From the NCBI GenBank assembly GCA_000708835.1, contig DF237462.1, positions 1,716-65,715 on the forward strand: 64,000 bases of DNA, in the 5' to 3' direction. The position numbers and the translations under genes were made by a program. The stretch's first letter is position 1; each line of letters starts with the position of its first letter. The stretch comes from Klebsormidium nitens. Its lineage: Eukaryota; Plantae; Klebsormidiophyceae. The notes beneath the pieces were generated by a model that worked only from the letters and a program-made list of their open reading frames with translations, had not been told where the DNA came from and made no database searches. Below, piece by piece: positions 42,901 to 54,600 of the stretch.

Positions 42901-45614
42901 GAGGTGGCACCCTTTCCTGACGGTTGGCATCGTGCACCCCGTAATCACAATCAAATTTGGGTGAGGGCCGTGACGTCACCCAAATTCTCAAATTCCCAGG
43001 TGCAGACAACCCAGAATCCTGAAACTCACGCTAAACATGCTCCGCACCCGTACCCAATCTAAACCTGGTGGGAAACCCACCCGTCCCCCCGGCGATGATC
43101 TACCTCAACAAAATAACGAGAGCAATCATCCTCCCGTCGCAGGCGTCAGGCGAGCCGGTCCCAAGCAAGACGCACGCCGTGCTCGGGTTGGCGCCCACGT
43201 TTCCCATTCCCAAGGTGGTGAAAATAATGCTGGGCAGCCCCCGGTTGAAGAGAGTGATCCCGTACCTGCCCAAGCGGATGATCCTGCCGGACGTGCCCCT
43301 CCACCGGCTGTTCTTCTCCAAAGGAAAGCTCGAGGTAAGGGGCGTTGGATTTTACAGTCGCCTCATTGAAGAGACTTTGTCTTCTGGTGTTGAGGGTAAA
43401 GATGTAGGCTGAAGCGGTCCACCGGCTCTTTTCTCCAAGGCGAAGCTCGGGATAGGGGCCTTTGGGTTGCAGAGTTGGCTCAATGCTTGGGTTGCGGCCT
43501 TCTATGTTGGAGTGGAAGATCCAAGTTGTAGCGACCCGACGTATGCCTGTCCCGTTAGTTGAGTGGAGCTGACCTGAACCGCTCGTCGGACATCGAGTGC
43601 TTTCATTGGGCCAGGCACTCGGTTAGACGATTTATTCTGCGACGTTTCTCGACGTAGACTTCTGCGAGAAGAGGACCGAGCAAAGTCATAAAGGGGTAGT
43701 GTCCTCTTACTTATTCCTTCAATTTGCCGCTCAAAGAGACCGACCTCTCTTAAGGGATTTTGTCCAAGTAGTCGTCGAAGCTGTCCTTACGTTCAACGTC
43801 CGCTTCAACCTTTTCTCCGACAAGCCGAACGTCCCTGCTCAGCCCACTTGCAAAATCTGTTTTCAAACCCACGAAGCTCAAGGTCAGGTGCTTAAGTTCG
43901 TTTCAAGCTATACCGTACGTAAAGAGTCGGTATTTTTGATCCGCTGGTCGAAGGACAAATGAACCACATTCCAAGCACGGTCCTTCAGTGAACAATCAAC
44001 TCAGCCACTGACAGCTGGATGTGTTCTCTATGCGGATGACCAGGCGCTGAAAAAGGACGCGTGCGAGGGCCTCCCAGCGGGACGCTTCGTGTCTACCAAC
44101 GACGCCTTGACCGCTCTGCTGTGGCGGAGCATCAGCGCCGCACGGGGGCTGCACAAGATTCCTGAGCAGGTAGGAATAATCTTCAACGCAAAGCTTTGAA
44201 CCATTGTGACTACAGAAAGTAGTTGTATCTTCTTCCGATTGGCTTCCAATTGGGTTGCCTTCTTGACCAACGCTGCAACCCAGGAGCATTTCCGTGGAGC
44301 CTGTCAGGTTTCTTTTTGGCATTTTTTGGAAGAAACAGGCACGCACAGAGCAGGTTTTTACGCCGATCCGCCATTCCTAGCAGCCCGAAACATGTTCCTT
44401 CGTCGCAAAGAGAACCTTGATTCGGCAAAAGCATCATGCCATGGCGAACCCTCCAGGTTACGTCTGCGGTTTACAGAGCGCGTTCTTTCGTCCCAGACTC
44501 TCTCGACTTTATTAAAGGCCAGAATCCTTCGGCGCTACTCAGTCTGAGCTGCCTTGTTACTTCTCAGCATTTCTATTTTGTATCATTCAAAGTACGGTGT
44601 CTCACTCGGCCGCCTGTCCCGCGTGCAGAAAACGCGGCTGGCGTTCGCGGCCGATGGGCGCTCGAAAACGGAGCCGCCTTTGCCGGAGGAGTACTTTGGA
44701 GGGGCAAACATCACGACGCTCTCGGATGCAACTGCGGCGGACCTCCAGAACCAACCCTTGTCGTGGGTAAGCGGTCTTAAGTGAGAAGAGAAAAATCCAT
44801 CTGGAACTTTATTGAATCCTCATCAACATCCGTAGGGCTACAAAGCTTTCTGACGGGGTCGACTAGATCCTAAGACTGTACGAGAGTCATGAATGTCTGG
44901 CAACAGGACCTTCATGGTAGCTGATTTGAGTGATGATGAATCTGCGCTTGCTAAGCTTGACGCGTGAATAGGATCTGTAAGAAACTACGAAGTGCTGTCG
45001 ACTACAATGTTCGCAGCTCCGTCCTTCTCACAGGTAAGCCACACCAAGATTCTCGTGCGGAAAGTGGTGATTTATGTCCGTTGGGGTCGAGCCCAAATCT
45101 AAAGGAGGAGTCGGTCGTCGACTTATACTCACGGTTGAGTTTGGTCCCCGATTGTTGACGAGATGTCCTTTGTTATGAATGGGCATCAGCTGACGGCAGT
45201 CTATCATCTGCTTGACGTCAAGCTTCTCGGTGTAGCCAAATGTTCCCGTTCCCACGTCCTTTGCAGAGCGCGAGCAAAGTGCGCGACTCGGTGTCGCGCG
45301 TCGACGCCGGCTACGTCAGGAACGTGGTGGACTGGATCGCCGAGCAGCCGAACAAGGCCGCGCTAGGTTTGAACATCAACGCGCATTTGGGGCCGGATCT
45401 CCTCGTGTCGATTTTAACCAAGTTTCCTATCGATTTGATGGACCTTGGTTGGGGGAACGCTCTCGCCGTCGCGCCGGGAAAGTATCACATCCCCTTCGAC
45501 GGCCTGGTCGTTCTCGTTGGGTCCCGGGGGGGGGTCTGCGCGTTTGTGAGTCTGCTCGCGGGACACATGAAGAAGCTGATGAAGCACGAGCCGCTCTTGA
45601 AGTACGTCGGTTGA
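39905..45614 (+). CDS. BAHD (HXXXD-type) acyl-CoA acyltransferase, 475 aa, 8 exons
   Basis: Exons 39905-40097, 40515-40603, 41357-41539, 42299-42457, 43143-43334, 44044-44169, 44629-44766 and 45267-45614 (1428 nt, in phase). Motifs YYPLAGRL, IDCNDAG, PLLLIQFTRF, catalytic HHTVSDG, STNDALTALLW, YFGGA and DLGWG (variant of DFGWG). Confidence 0.93.
43300..43530 (+). repeat. Degenerate tandem duplication (period 118 bp) of the BAHD exon-5 end and its splice donor
   Basis: tccaccggctgttcttctccaaaggaaagctcgag|gtaagggg at 43300 vs tccaccggctcttttctccaaggcgaagctcggg|atagggg at 43418. The donor GT is lost in the copy. Confidence 0.75.
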
Positions 45615-45969
45615 GGCTTGGTGACGCCAGGAGGAAAAGTCAGGGTGAAAATTGGATGTCAGGGCGTGCGCGTGCCCAAAACGATATATGATTTTTTGAG
45701 ACTTACAAAGTAGTACCGAGTACGTAGACAGGGATTGAGATGCGGCACTGGTACGGTTGCTGGGATATAATTGCTGAACGTTGTTGTGTAATTAGACAGA
45801 TTGTGCATGTGGCTCGCACGAACCTGCTGCAAGTGATAGTAGTAGACAGTACGATGTTCAAACTGCCCGCATTACCGGAAAGCCGGACGAGTATACGAGT
45901 CAGTTATAAAGATAAACTTGCTTCTTGTGGTAGCGCAGCGCATACCGCAAATTTTGGACTGTAAGGTAA

Positions 45970-46190
45970 GACCTAGGACAGTCACTCATTGGCGTAGAAG
46001 CCATGGTTTGCGATTGCGTTGCAGCGTGCACGGCTGAGTTGGTTTTGGTAGGACCTAAGACAGTCACTTGCGTTAAAAGTAGTGGATTGGCGCTGCGTCG
46101 CAGCGTATCAGTACCGACATACTCTGGTCTGTAAGTACGTAGCACCTAGGGCAGTCCGACTTGCGTTGCGACAATGGATTGCGTTTGCAC
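45970..46190. repeat. Three degenerate tandem units (about 82-91 bp) starting ACCTARGRCAGTC
   Basis: gacctaggacagtcac (45970), gacctaagacagtcacttgcgtt (46052) and cacctagggcagtccgacttgcgtt (46143); each is followed by a tgg(a/t)ttgc-like segment. Confidence 0.55.
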
Positions 46191-47003
46191 TACAATGAAG
46201 AAGAATGGCCATCTGGGCCCGGCGCTAGACGCCACGTCCACATCATTGTTTCTGTGACTCGTAAGATGGCCTGAAATCTGCTTTCACGCACTTAAACATG
46301 TCGCGCGAAGTTCTGCCTATCCAGCTAATATGATTCACCATGCATGCGCAAGCATACGTCTTCCGGAGAGCTCCATATGTTAGAATCAATTTCGATGGTT
46401 GATGTCATGTAACGTACGTAGAATCGACCTGTCCTCCATTGCGTACGACCCCGGCTTCGCGATACTTGATGATAAGCGAAGCTCGAGATCAGCGAGAAGT
46501 TGATTGGGCAATCGTTAAATTCCGACGGTCATCACAGAGTCCTGCACCCTGTATGTGCATCACTATTAGAATCCGACACTTTCTCCAGGATGCAACGCGA
46601 TGCTTCTGTCCCTCTCGCCATCAGGTGTTCAAATGCTTCGCGTGAACTCATGCCAGCCTAGGGCGCACATATGCAGGACTGCTAGCGCCCGCGTCAGTCA
46701 AGCTTGTGGTTCAACTCAGATTGAAGTGGACTGAAAGACCGTCAGCAACTCATGCACGAGGAGCCGCATCCATTGCGCGAGCCACATGCATGTCCCACGG
46801 TTTCTCAACCAGACGTGTGTCCGCATGATACCACGACAATCATCTCGAACATGGACACAAGATTGAGCTGAGCATGGGCCGGGCTGACAATGATACGTTC
46901 CACATGTTTGCACTCTCAAGTCGTGCCTCTCGTTTGACGCTCGCATACCTAAACCTGATGCAGTGCGCCTCATCTTCCGCGACTAGTACCCCTCAACGCG
47001 TTC

Positions 47004-50000
47004 TCACGGCCGGTACCGATCCTTCGACCGGCTGATCGAATTCCAGTCGCCTTGGAGGTCCATCGGAATGGACCGGTCCCCGAACGTCTTCGGCGTCATG
47101 CCCGTGTCGTCCGGCATGTACGTGTCCTGGAACTCGTGGCCGCGCAGCCGCAGCATGTCGAGCTTCTGCTTGCGCGTCTCCGTCGCGAGCAGCTCCGCGT
47201 CGTCCTTGCGCCACCCGCCCGGCGGCGGCGGCTGGTCCAGGTCGAGCGCGCCGATGTGGAACGGCTCGTAGCGCGAGTCGTGCCGGCGGATGCAGTCGAA
47301 GAACTCGTTGTCGGTGGAGGGGAAGGTCGCGCCGGCCATTTGGCAGATGGCAAAGATGGCTGGCACGCGGTAACGGTACCGGGTCTGGCTGCCGAGCTTG
47401 TGCGTGATGGGGTATGGTTGAGTGATGGCGGACGGGACGTGCGTGTCAACGACTGTAGATGAGTAGAAAGGTGTCACAGTGAGGCCGACGTTGGACGTTT
47501 GGAACAACTTGCGATGTTAGAGCTTGTAATCCAGGGCTTCCTGAATCTTGTTGGCGGCTCTGCTTACGATTGAAGTATCACACGGTTTGGAGAAATGCCG
47601 AAAACCTCTGGTCGATGACGATGATATGAGCAAAGTAAGCAGCACGTTAACAAACTCAACCACGAAGAAGACCAAAATCAGCAGCAAAGAATGGAGCCCT
47701 TGACGCCCTTGCAAAACCGCATGAGTGTATATCCGAACCCGCTCGACTTTACGCCGCGTCGCCAAGCGAATCCCCGATTCCCTTAAAGCAGCGAGTTTCA
47801 GATTTCTGAAGTTCGGAGAGCTTTCTTTACGCATCACATCTACTTTCAACAATTGAATATGTGTGGAAAATAAAGGCGTTATCCTTCTCCCATAGGGAAT
47901 GCGAGTTCCCGGTCACCAGTCACGTCCGTGAGACGGCACTGAAGAGATAGCAAACAGTACTTAGAAGTCAGCTGCTCAATTCTAAGAAATGCTGCGATAT
48001 CCAGTGGTCTGTGGAGCAGGGAAAACTTAGAAAAGGGAACGATGAGGCCCTTCAAGCAAAGGTGACCGATCAATGGACATGCTCCCACATTAAGTCGTCA
48101 GGCACAACCACAAAAGGTCACATCTGCTCGCAGCAGGTTCTTATGACGTCATCAAACACGAAAGAAAAGCTTTCAAAAGGGCGGTCACACGCGAAACGCC
48201 AAGGCTTTGCTCGACTCACTATCGTGGGCTTCGTTTCGCCACCGGTTGCCGTCGCTTGGCCTTCTGCAGATGCCGTAGTAAGGCTGCTCGGGGGCGGGGC
48301 GCCGCCCGACAAACACCTTGTGGCACTTGGTGCACTCCTGGAGAACAAAAAGTAACACTAGTTAGAGCTCTCCCAGCGTCTTGGAGCTATCAGCCGTCCA
48401 GAAACCTCTGGAAGTGCCTCCTCTGTGCGGATGCAGGCGAATCGAGGGCAGTTTAGACTGAGATCCCAGTGACGCTTTCAGGATTGAGGTCAAAGTACCG
48501 AATTCTGAAACCATTTACTTTCGGACTGGGGCTCCCCGGATCGAATTTCGGGCATACTGATTTGAGTCGAGGATGTAAATCTTCAGAGGGTAGAGTTTCT
48601 GCTGACGTAAGCACCGTTGCGGCACTGCCGGATCAAGACGTCATGTTCCAGCCGGCGTGCAAAACAGACCGAAACAGAAAGTCGGTTTTCGATCAGGGCT
48701 CCCCCGTCCGAGATTGGATTTTTCCAGAATCAGGTAGTTCACGCTTACATCCGGCACCTCAAGGAAATAACAGTTTCTTTGCAAATTGCACGGCCACTCC
48801 AGCGATTTGCTTCAACCTCCCTCCACTAAGAGTTCACGGGAGGAATAAAGTTGCATCACCCACATGGGAACCTACGGACTCTTAACCTTGAAGACCCATA
48901 AGCGACTTTAACCAACGGAGTGAAGAAGGCACAGCATGATCTGCCGTATCATCTGTCTGTACCCAGCGCAAAGGGCCATGGGGTCAACGCTTGTGAGCAA
49001 GCCGCTTGCCTGCATGAAGAAGTGGTCGAGCAGTTTATCCAGCTCCGGCCGCAGCTTCAGGTCCCGGGCCCGCCCGTCGACGATCTGCAGAACCGCTTGA
49101 TGACATCAGCAGGCAGACTGGCTCGCAAAGCGCCAAGCAATGGGACGACAAGCTGCTGCGAAGCTCGATGTGGCACTGGGACCTTCTCAGGAGATCCTTG
49201 TGGTAGCCAAAGCCATCTTTCAGAGCAGAAATAAGCAGCTAGCTGGTTTAGATGGATGCCTTTGAAATAATGAAGGAGAAGAGTCGGTTTGATTGTGAAA
49301 GAGCAGAATTGCCAGGCAACACGCCCCTGTTGAGGAAAAGGTGACACTCCTCTTCTGTTGGCAGTCGCTTATAAGCTGCTTCAATGGCCACGTTGGTCAG
49401 ACCGATTTAGGAAGAGGCAGCATCAAAGAAGCCTCGCTGACAAAGGCGCACAAAGTGTGGGTAGCAAGCATGGACACAACGGCAGCCTTCCTATTGGTCT
49501 CTGTTCAGAGCGCCCCTTTATCCTTCTCGTCCTGAAACAACCTAGTGAGTAGCATCGCAAAATGCTCCACCATCTACCGTGGATGTCCTTGTGATGCTCG
49601 CATTCGTAGTAGGTGCTCATTTGATCCAAGCAGCTGGAATGGAGAGTGCACCACTCCCTCCATCGACCGCCAGAAAAAGACCGCCAGGAAGAATTGACAA
49701 AAGCATCGAGCCAATTGCGTATGTTGTGGCCAATGCTGCTACGCTTTGTAATTTCAAGCAGCAAGATCAAGAATGCGCAGCGATAAGCGACTGCCAACAG
49801 AAGAGGAGTGTCACTTTCTTCTCAACGGGGGCGTGCTGCCTGGCAAATCTGCTCTTTCACAATCAAACCGACAAATCTGCTCTTTCACAATCAAACCGAC
49901 TCTTCTCGTTCATTGTTTCAAAGGCATGCATCTAACCCAGATAGCTGCTTATTCAACCAGCTTTGACTAACAGTGGTTCGCACGGTCATTCTCTGTTATC

Positions 50001-51078
50001 CAAAACCACCAGAAGATAACAGACAGAAAGGCGGGCACACCTTTTGCGCGATCACCCTCAGCTCCTCGTCATCCCCCAGCACTTCCGCTGTGACACTGTC
50101 CCTCGGTGGCCGCCCGTCCCCGCCCTTTGAGCCTGCGCCGCCCACCCATTGCGCCACGACCACCTTCCTCTCACTCCCACCGCTCGATTCCTCATCAATT
50201 ATCCGAGGCGCCGCCGCCCCATTTCCGTCGCTATGGCCGGCCGCCCCGTTTTCAGCACCATCCTTATCCTGCTCCACCGTTGCGCCTTCCGCCGCATTCT
50301 CCGACGCACCTTCTGTTGCATTCTTCAATGCACCTTCAGTCGCATCTATCACTCGGCTAGGTTCGTCGTCCGTGTCACTCTCGCCCGTGCTAGCCTTCCG
50401 CCTCCCACGCGTTTTACCCACCGTCAGTTCGTCCCCCCCTCGCGCCTCTTCCTCTCTCAAATCCGACGCGCTGGGGCCCGCTTCTTCCTGTGCCGCAGCC
50501 TTCTTTCTCGGCGCCCTCGTCCTCCGAGGGGGGGCGCCAGAGGCCTCACTATCGACCGCTGCATCTCCATCCTCCTTAGCTTTTGTCGTCCTCCTCCTAC
50601 TTGTCGCCCTTTTTGGAGTCGGAGACGGCGTCTCTGATTCGCCACTTGCATCAGCTGGCGTGTCCGCTTTCTTTGCTCTGGGGGCCGCCCTCCGCCGCTT
50701 TGGCTTCTCTTCCGCCGCCTCTTCCTGCTCAGCCCTGACAGCAAGCCTGGCAGACTCTAATCGCTTGTCGCCACCAGTGCTCCGTCCATAATCCCCTCTT
50801 CCGCGTACCGCACCATTACCAAGAGGAGCTCCTCTCAAAAAGAGACTGCTGGCGCCTCTCAAGGTGGACAAGAAAGGCCTTCTTGGGGCCACATTGTTCT
50901 GTAGTGAGCTGCATTTTGTCGATTCTTGCAACCGAGAGCTGCAAATTGGTCTGGTAATTTCTGCTGATAGCGACTGTGCAGCAACGCCATGATGATCCGT
51001 GCCTCCGTTTGAAAAGGTGGTGAAACGGGCCTGACCGCGGAAGGTACCACTGTGCGGCGCCAGATACCCCGAAGCCAT
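47004..51078 (-). CDS. Unrecognised protein, 559 aa: transit-peptide-like N-terminus, basic then acidic low-complexity linker, and a C-terminal globular domain with CxxC
   Basis: Exons 51078-50041, 49084-49010 (GC donor CAG|GCAAGC), 48337-48220 and 47452-47004 (1680 nt, phases 0/0/1 consistent). The N-terminus is Ser/Arg/Ala-rich and acid-poor, ending ARLAVRA|EQ. In the last 111 codons only 4 end in A or T, which supports real coding. The C-terminal part reads IVDGRARDLKLRPELDKLLDHFFMQECTKCHKVFVG...GICRR...AICQMAG...FFDCIRRHD. Confidence 0.75.
49230..49953. repeat. Long inverted repeat (foldback or MITE-like) in intron 1 of the unrecognised gene
   Basis: Arms at 49230-49372 and 49783-49953 match at 132 of 143 positions after removing a 28-bp tandem duplication (caaatctgctctttcacaatcaaaccga x2) from the right arm. 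Spacer is 410 bp. No obvious target-site duplication. Confidence 0.92.
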
Positions 51079-51497
51079 TGCTATGCTGCAGAGCTCAGTC
51101 TCCGCAAACCGCGCCGTAGGTGGATACCCTGCATTGCAGAATTCACTCGCTCCGTTCAAAGGGTCTCAGTCTAAACTTCGAACCTCAGTTGGAAATTGCA
51201 CTCTCGTGCTCAAAGAGACCATTGCGGCTTGAGCTCTTGCTAAAATTTCAATCAGGAACCACTGCCGGCTTGATGAGCTTAAACTTGCTCTGTTGGAACC
51301 TGGTGGGGACCGTCCATCTTGTGAAGCAGGCTTCAATGCATCAGCCTCAGGGCAATCTGTAGCCTTACTGTTAGGCCTCTGCCAGCAATGATTCAATCCG
51401 ATCATGTAGATGGTAACGGATGTTCCGTCCAGTTTGAGGACCCCCCTTTACCGTACTTATCCAAAGTAATGATCTCCCTAGTTGTATGAAAACACGC

Positions 51498-51506
51498 AAA
51501 CCCTAA
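51498..51506 (+). promoter_or_regulatory. Telo-box inside a 602-bp divergent intergenic region (probable bidirectional promoter)
   Basis: AAACCCTAA between ATG 51078 (-) and ATG 51681 (+). Confidence 0.35.
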
Positions 51507-51680
51507 TATTTGAGAGCTGTGCATTCATTTGCAAGCTTTACGAGCTCAAACATCTCTCAGAAAATTTCCTGCAGAGGAGCGCATGCTCAAGGACCATCTA
51601 GACACGTCTTATAAATAGAATAGCTACTGACGAGGGCTTCGTCGTGATTCAATCCATTCAATGCACTGCTGCTGTAAGAA

Positions 51681-54600
51681 ATGGAGCCAGCCCCGCCCGA
51701 TGGAGGGGAACCGAAAGAAGACCTTACAGAACAGAGGTTCAAATTGTATGAGGAAACTGACATCGAGTCGGAGCCGTTAGTTGCAAGAGATGAGGATATT
51801 GATGGATCTCTCAAAGCCATCAGGCGCCCATGGTGGCACCTTCCCATCTTACCTCTGCTCATCTTGTCCGAATGGCTTGCCAGGCTCTCGGACGCCTTTG
51901 GGTCTCGCTTCGTCTTTGCTGTCATCATCGTGTATGGGATATCCCAGGGCATTGGGGAGATGGTCGGCGAATTCAACTCAAAGTACTACTGGAAGGACGT
52001 GATGCGCGTGTCGCCAGCAGAGTCCCAAGTGAGCTGGCCATCAGCTTGCAGTGTACTTGTCGTACATCCGATCACCAGAAGCGTGCCCTCGGGCTGCCTC
52101 ACCAGCCATAATTGTGTTAGCTTGGAATGGGCCATCGCTGATCTCAGAATTAGTGCTGAGTTCAGAAACTCGTCTCTAGCTGACATGCATCCTGTTAAAA
52201 AAACAATGCCGGGTGAAAAGGTAAAGACAGAAAAGGATGCTAATTTTGTTAGCCAACTAGAGATGCATTTCCCTTTCCCCCCTCCTATTCCCCCCTCCTA
52301 AATTATCTCTCCCCCCTGTTCTCCTCCCCCTAGTTGTACAACTCCCTGCCCGACCTTCCCTGGGATATCAAACCGCTGTGGGGCCTTCTGACAGACAGCT
52401 TCCCTATCGCTGGCTCGCACACCCGCTCCTGGATTGCAATCACGAGCGTCCTCGGTGTTTTCTGCTGGGGGACCGTCGCGGCGGTCCGATTACCAAAAGG
52501 GTTAGCAGCAATCGCGCTGGTTGGGACAAATGTTGCAATGGCGCTTCCGGACGTGGCCACAGATGCGGCCGTCGCAATGCGGTCACGCGCCAAGCCGCAG
52601 TTTGCAGCTGATCTCCAAGTGAGACAAAAGCTTTTCGTGATCCTGGTCCTAGGGTCAGGGTGTGGTGATTTGCGATCAAAAGGGCTTGGTTTGTATCTGA
52701 AAACTTACTGGCACCCTCCTTGATGATCACAAAAGGAAGTTCCATCAAGAGAAGGCTTGAGGAAGCAAACATGAGCTCCTGTTCTAAATGCAGTCTGCAG
52801 CAGCTTGGCGGTTGAGTATATGGCTTGGATCCTGCGTCTAGTGATCAAGGCTGTTTTAAAAGGCTTTCTTCATTGTTTTGGCAGCGAATGCGACCGAATA
52901 GATACTTGTTGCTGTGTTTGTCAGCGAAGCATTTTGTCGCATGGGGGCGCTTTTTAATGAGTTTGTTATAACAAGAGAAAGCGCCGGTGGGGAAAGTCTG
53001 TCCATGGTATGCCTGCGATAGCCAAGCTGAATCAGGACAACACGACTGCAATCTCGAGTGAGTGTCCTTCGAGCTTACTGAAGTTGAAAACTCAAAGTTG
53101 AGTCACAAAAGCGCCCAGTTGTCAACCATCGTCTTGCTATTCCCCTGATTCTAGGCTCTTGCACTTTTCATTTCTGACGACGACACGCCATTTCTTTCCC
53201 CAGAGCTTAACTTGGGGCACGCTCGCGGTGGGTTCCTTAATCGGCATGGCGTTTAGCGGGCCCGCCGTTCACTACTTGGGCTCTCGCGGAACATTTGCGC
53301 TCTTGTCTGGTGCGCCAGCATTGACGCTGTTGGCAGCGTGGGCACTGCCAGAGCCGAAAGCTGCGACCAATCAGAAGGTGAGCGACTGACCGCGGGTCGC
53401 CCGTGCCGTGGTACTAGAAAGGTGCTGTTCGGGCATACTCATTGCCAGGTTTTCTGGTTCGCGCTTCACTTTTCAGAAGCTCTCCGCTTGGGACGTGTCT
53501 GCTCAGCGAGAATCGTTTTAATTTCATCTTTGCAGTCGTAGTACAGTCGTAGTTGTGCAGAATTCGAGGCTACTGCCCGCCAATTCTGAAAGTGATCCCG
53601 TGTCTTGTGCATCAGGGCGGTTTTGCGCGCGTCTGGCACTCCCTGCGGTTGTTCTTCGGGGCCATGCGGGACCCGCGCCTGTGGCAGCCGGCCTTGTACA
53701 TATACCTCAGGTGAGACCAACTTGCAGAATCGAGCAGCTAGGACGGAAAGCTCATAGCTTCTGGGGTTTCGTACTGTCCGGTTCCCTCCGTAGGCGGGCT
53801 CGAAGCCTCTGAGTGGTCGTACTATCCGTACACTTTCCACCAATTGCTAATCCGAGGATCTCCGCACGGCTTATTGGACGAGCCGGTTCGACCTGTCCCG
53901 TCATATGTCGCCGTCCGTTGCCATTTTCTTAGCAACTCGTTTAGACGAACAGCGAACTTAGTCGCTCACAAGCTTCGCAAGTAGCCCGGTTTGCAAGACG
54001 CGAAGAGCCTTCTACCACCAGCAGCTAGCATTGTTCGTCCACCGAAGACCTTCTCTTAGTGAATCATGACATGTGCGCCGATGTGCACTGCTCCTTTTAA
54101 TGCCTGAAGCTATGCTTCCTCTAAACGTAGGCTTCCTCACTGGGGCGGTAGAGCAATTGTTTGGTTTCATAAACCCGGGAAGAGTTAACCTAAAACTCAG
54201 TGCAAAGCTTTGCTGTCCCCCAGCCAGGCCCTGTGCCCTGACATCACCGAGGCCAAGTTCTACTGGCTCACGGACAAGACCGGGACGGGGCCCGGCTTCT
54301 CCGAAAACTTCTTGGGGTTTCTCGCTACCGTGGGAAACTTAGCCATGCTGGCCGGGGTTCTGGCCTACAACTGGTACCTCAAGGACCAGCCTTTCCGGCG
54401 CGTCTTTTTGTGGGCGCAGGTAACCAAGCGTTCTCGTCAGGGAGTCCGCTTCCCGTTTGCGAGAAGGTTGATTCATTGTTCTCGCTTCTTGAGGTCTGTC
54501 ACTGAGAAGAATTACGAGGAGATGCATCAGCCGTGAAGCAAAACATAGAGAGCCAAAATGGCCATTCAAGAGTTCAGCGCAAGGGATGCAACGTCAGAGC

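Noticed and set aside
45970-46190. CRISPR array interpretation of the repeat-spacer-like pattern
   Set aside because: Eukaryotic context, only three degenerate repeats, unequal periods and no cas genes.
47004-47339. Stand-alone intronless ORF with about 96% GC at third positions, a candidate viral or horizontally acquired gene
   Set aside because: It is in frame with an upstream acceptor at 47452 whose phase matches the donor at 48220, so it is the last exon of the 51078-47004 gene. Host exons such as PACRG have similarly high GC3.
49230-49953. Calling the inverted repeat a bona fide transposon
   Set aside because: No target-site duplication, transposase or second copy is visible in the window, so it is reported only as a repeat.
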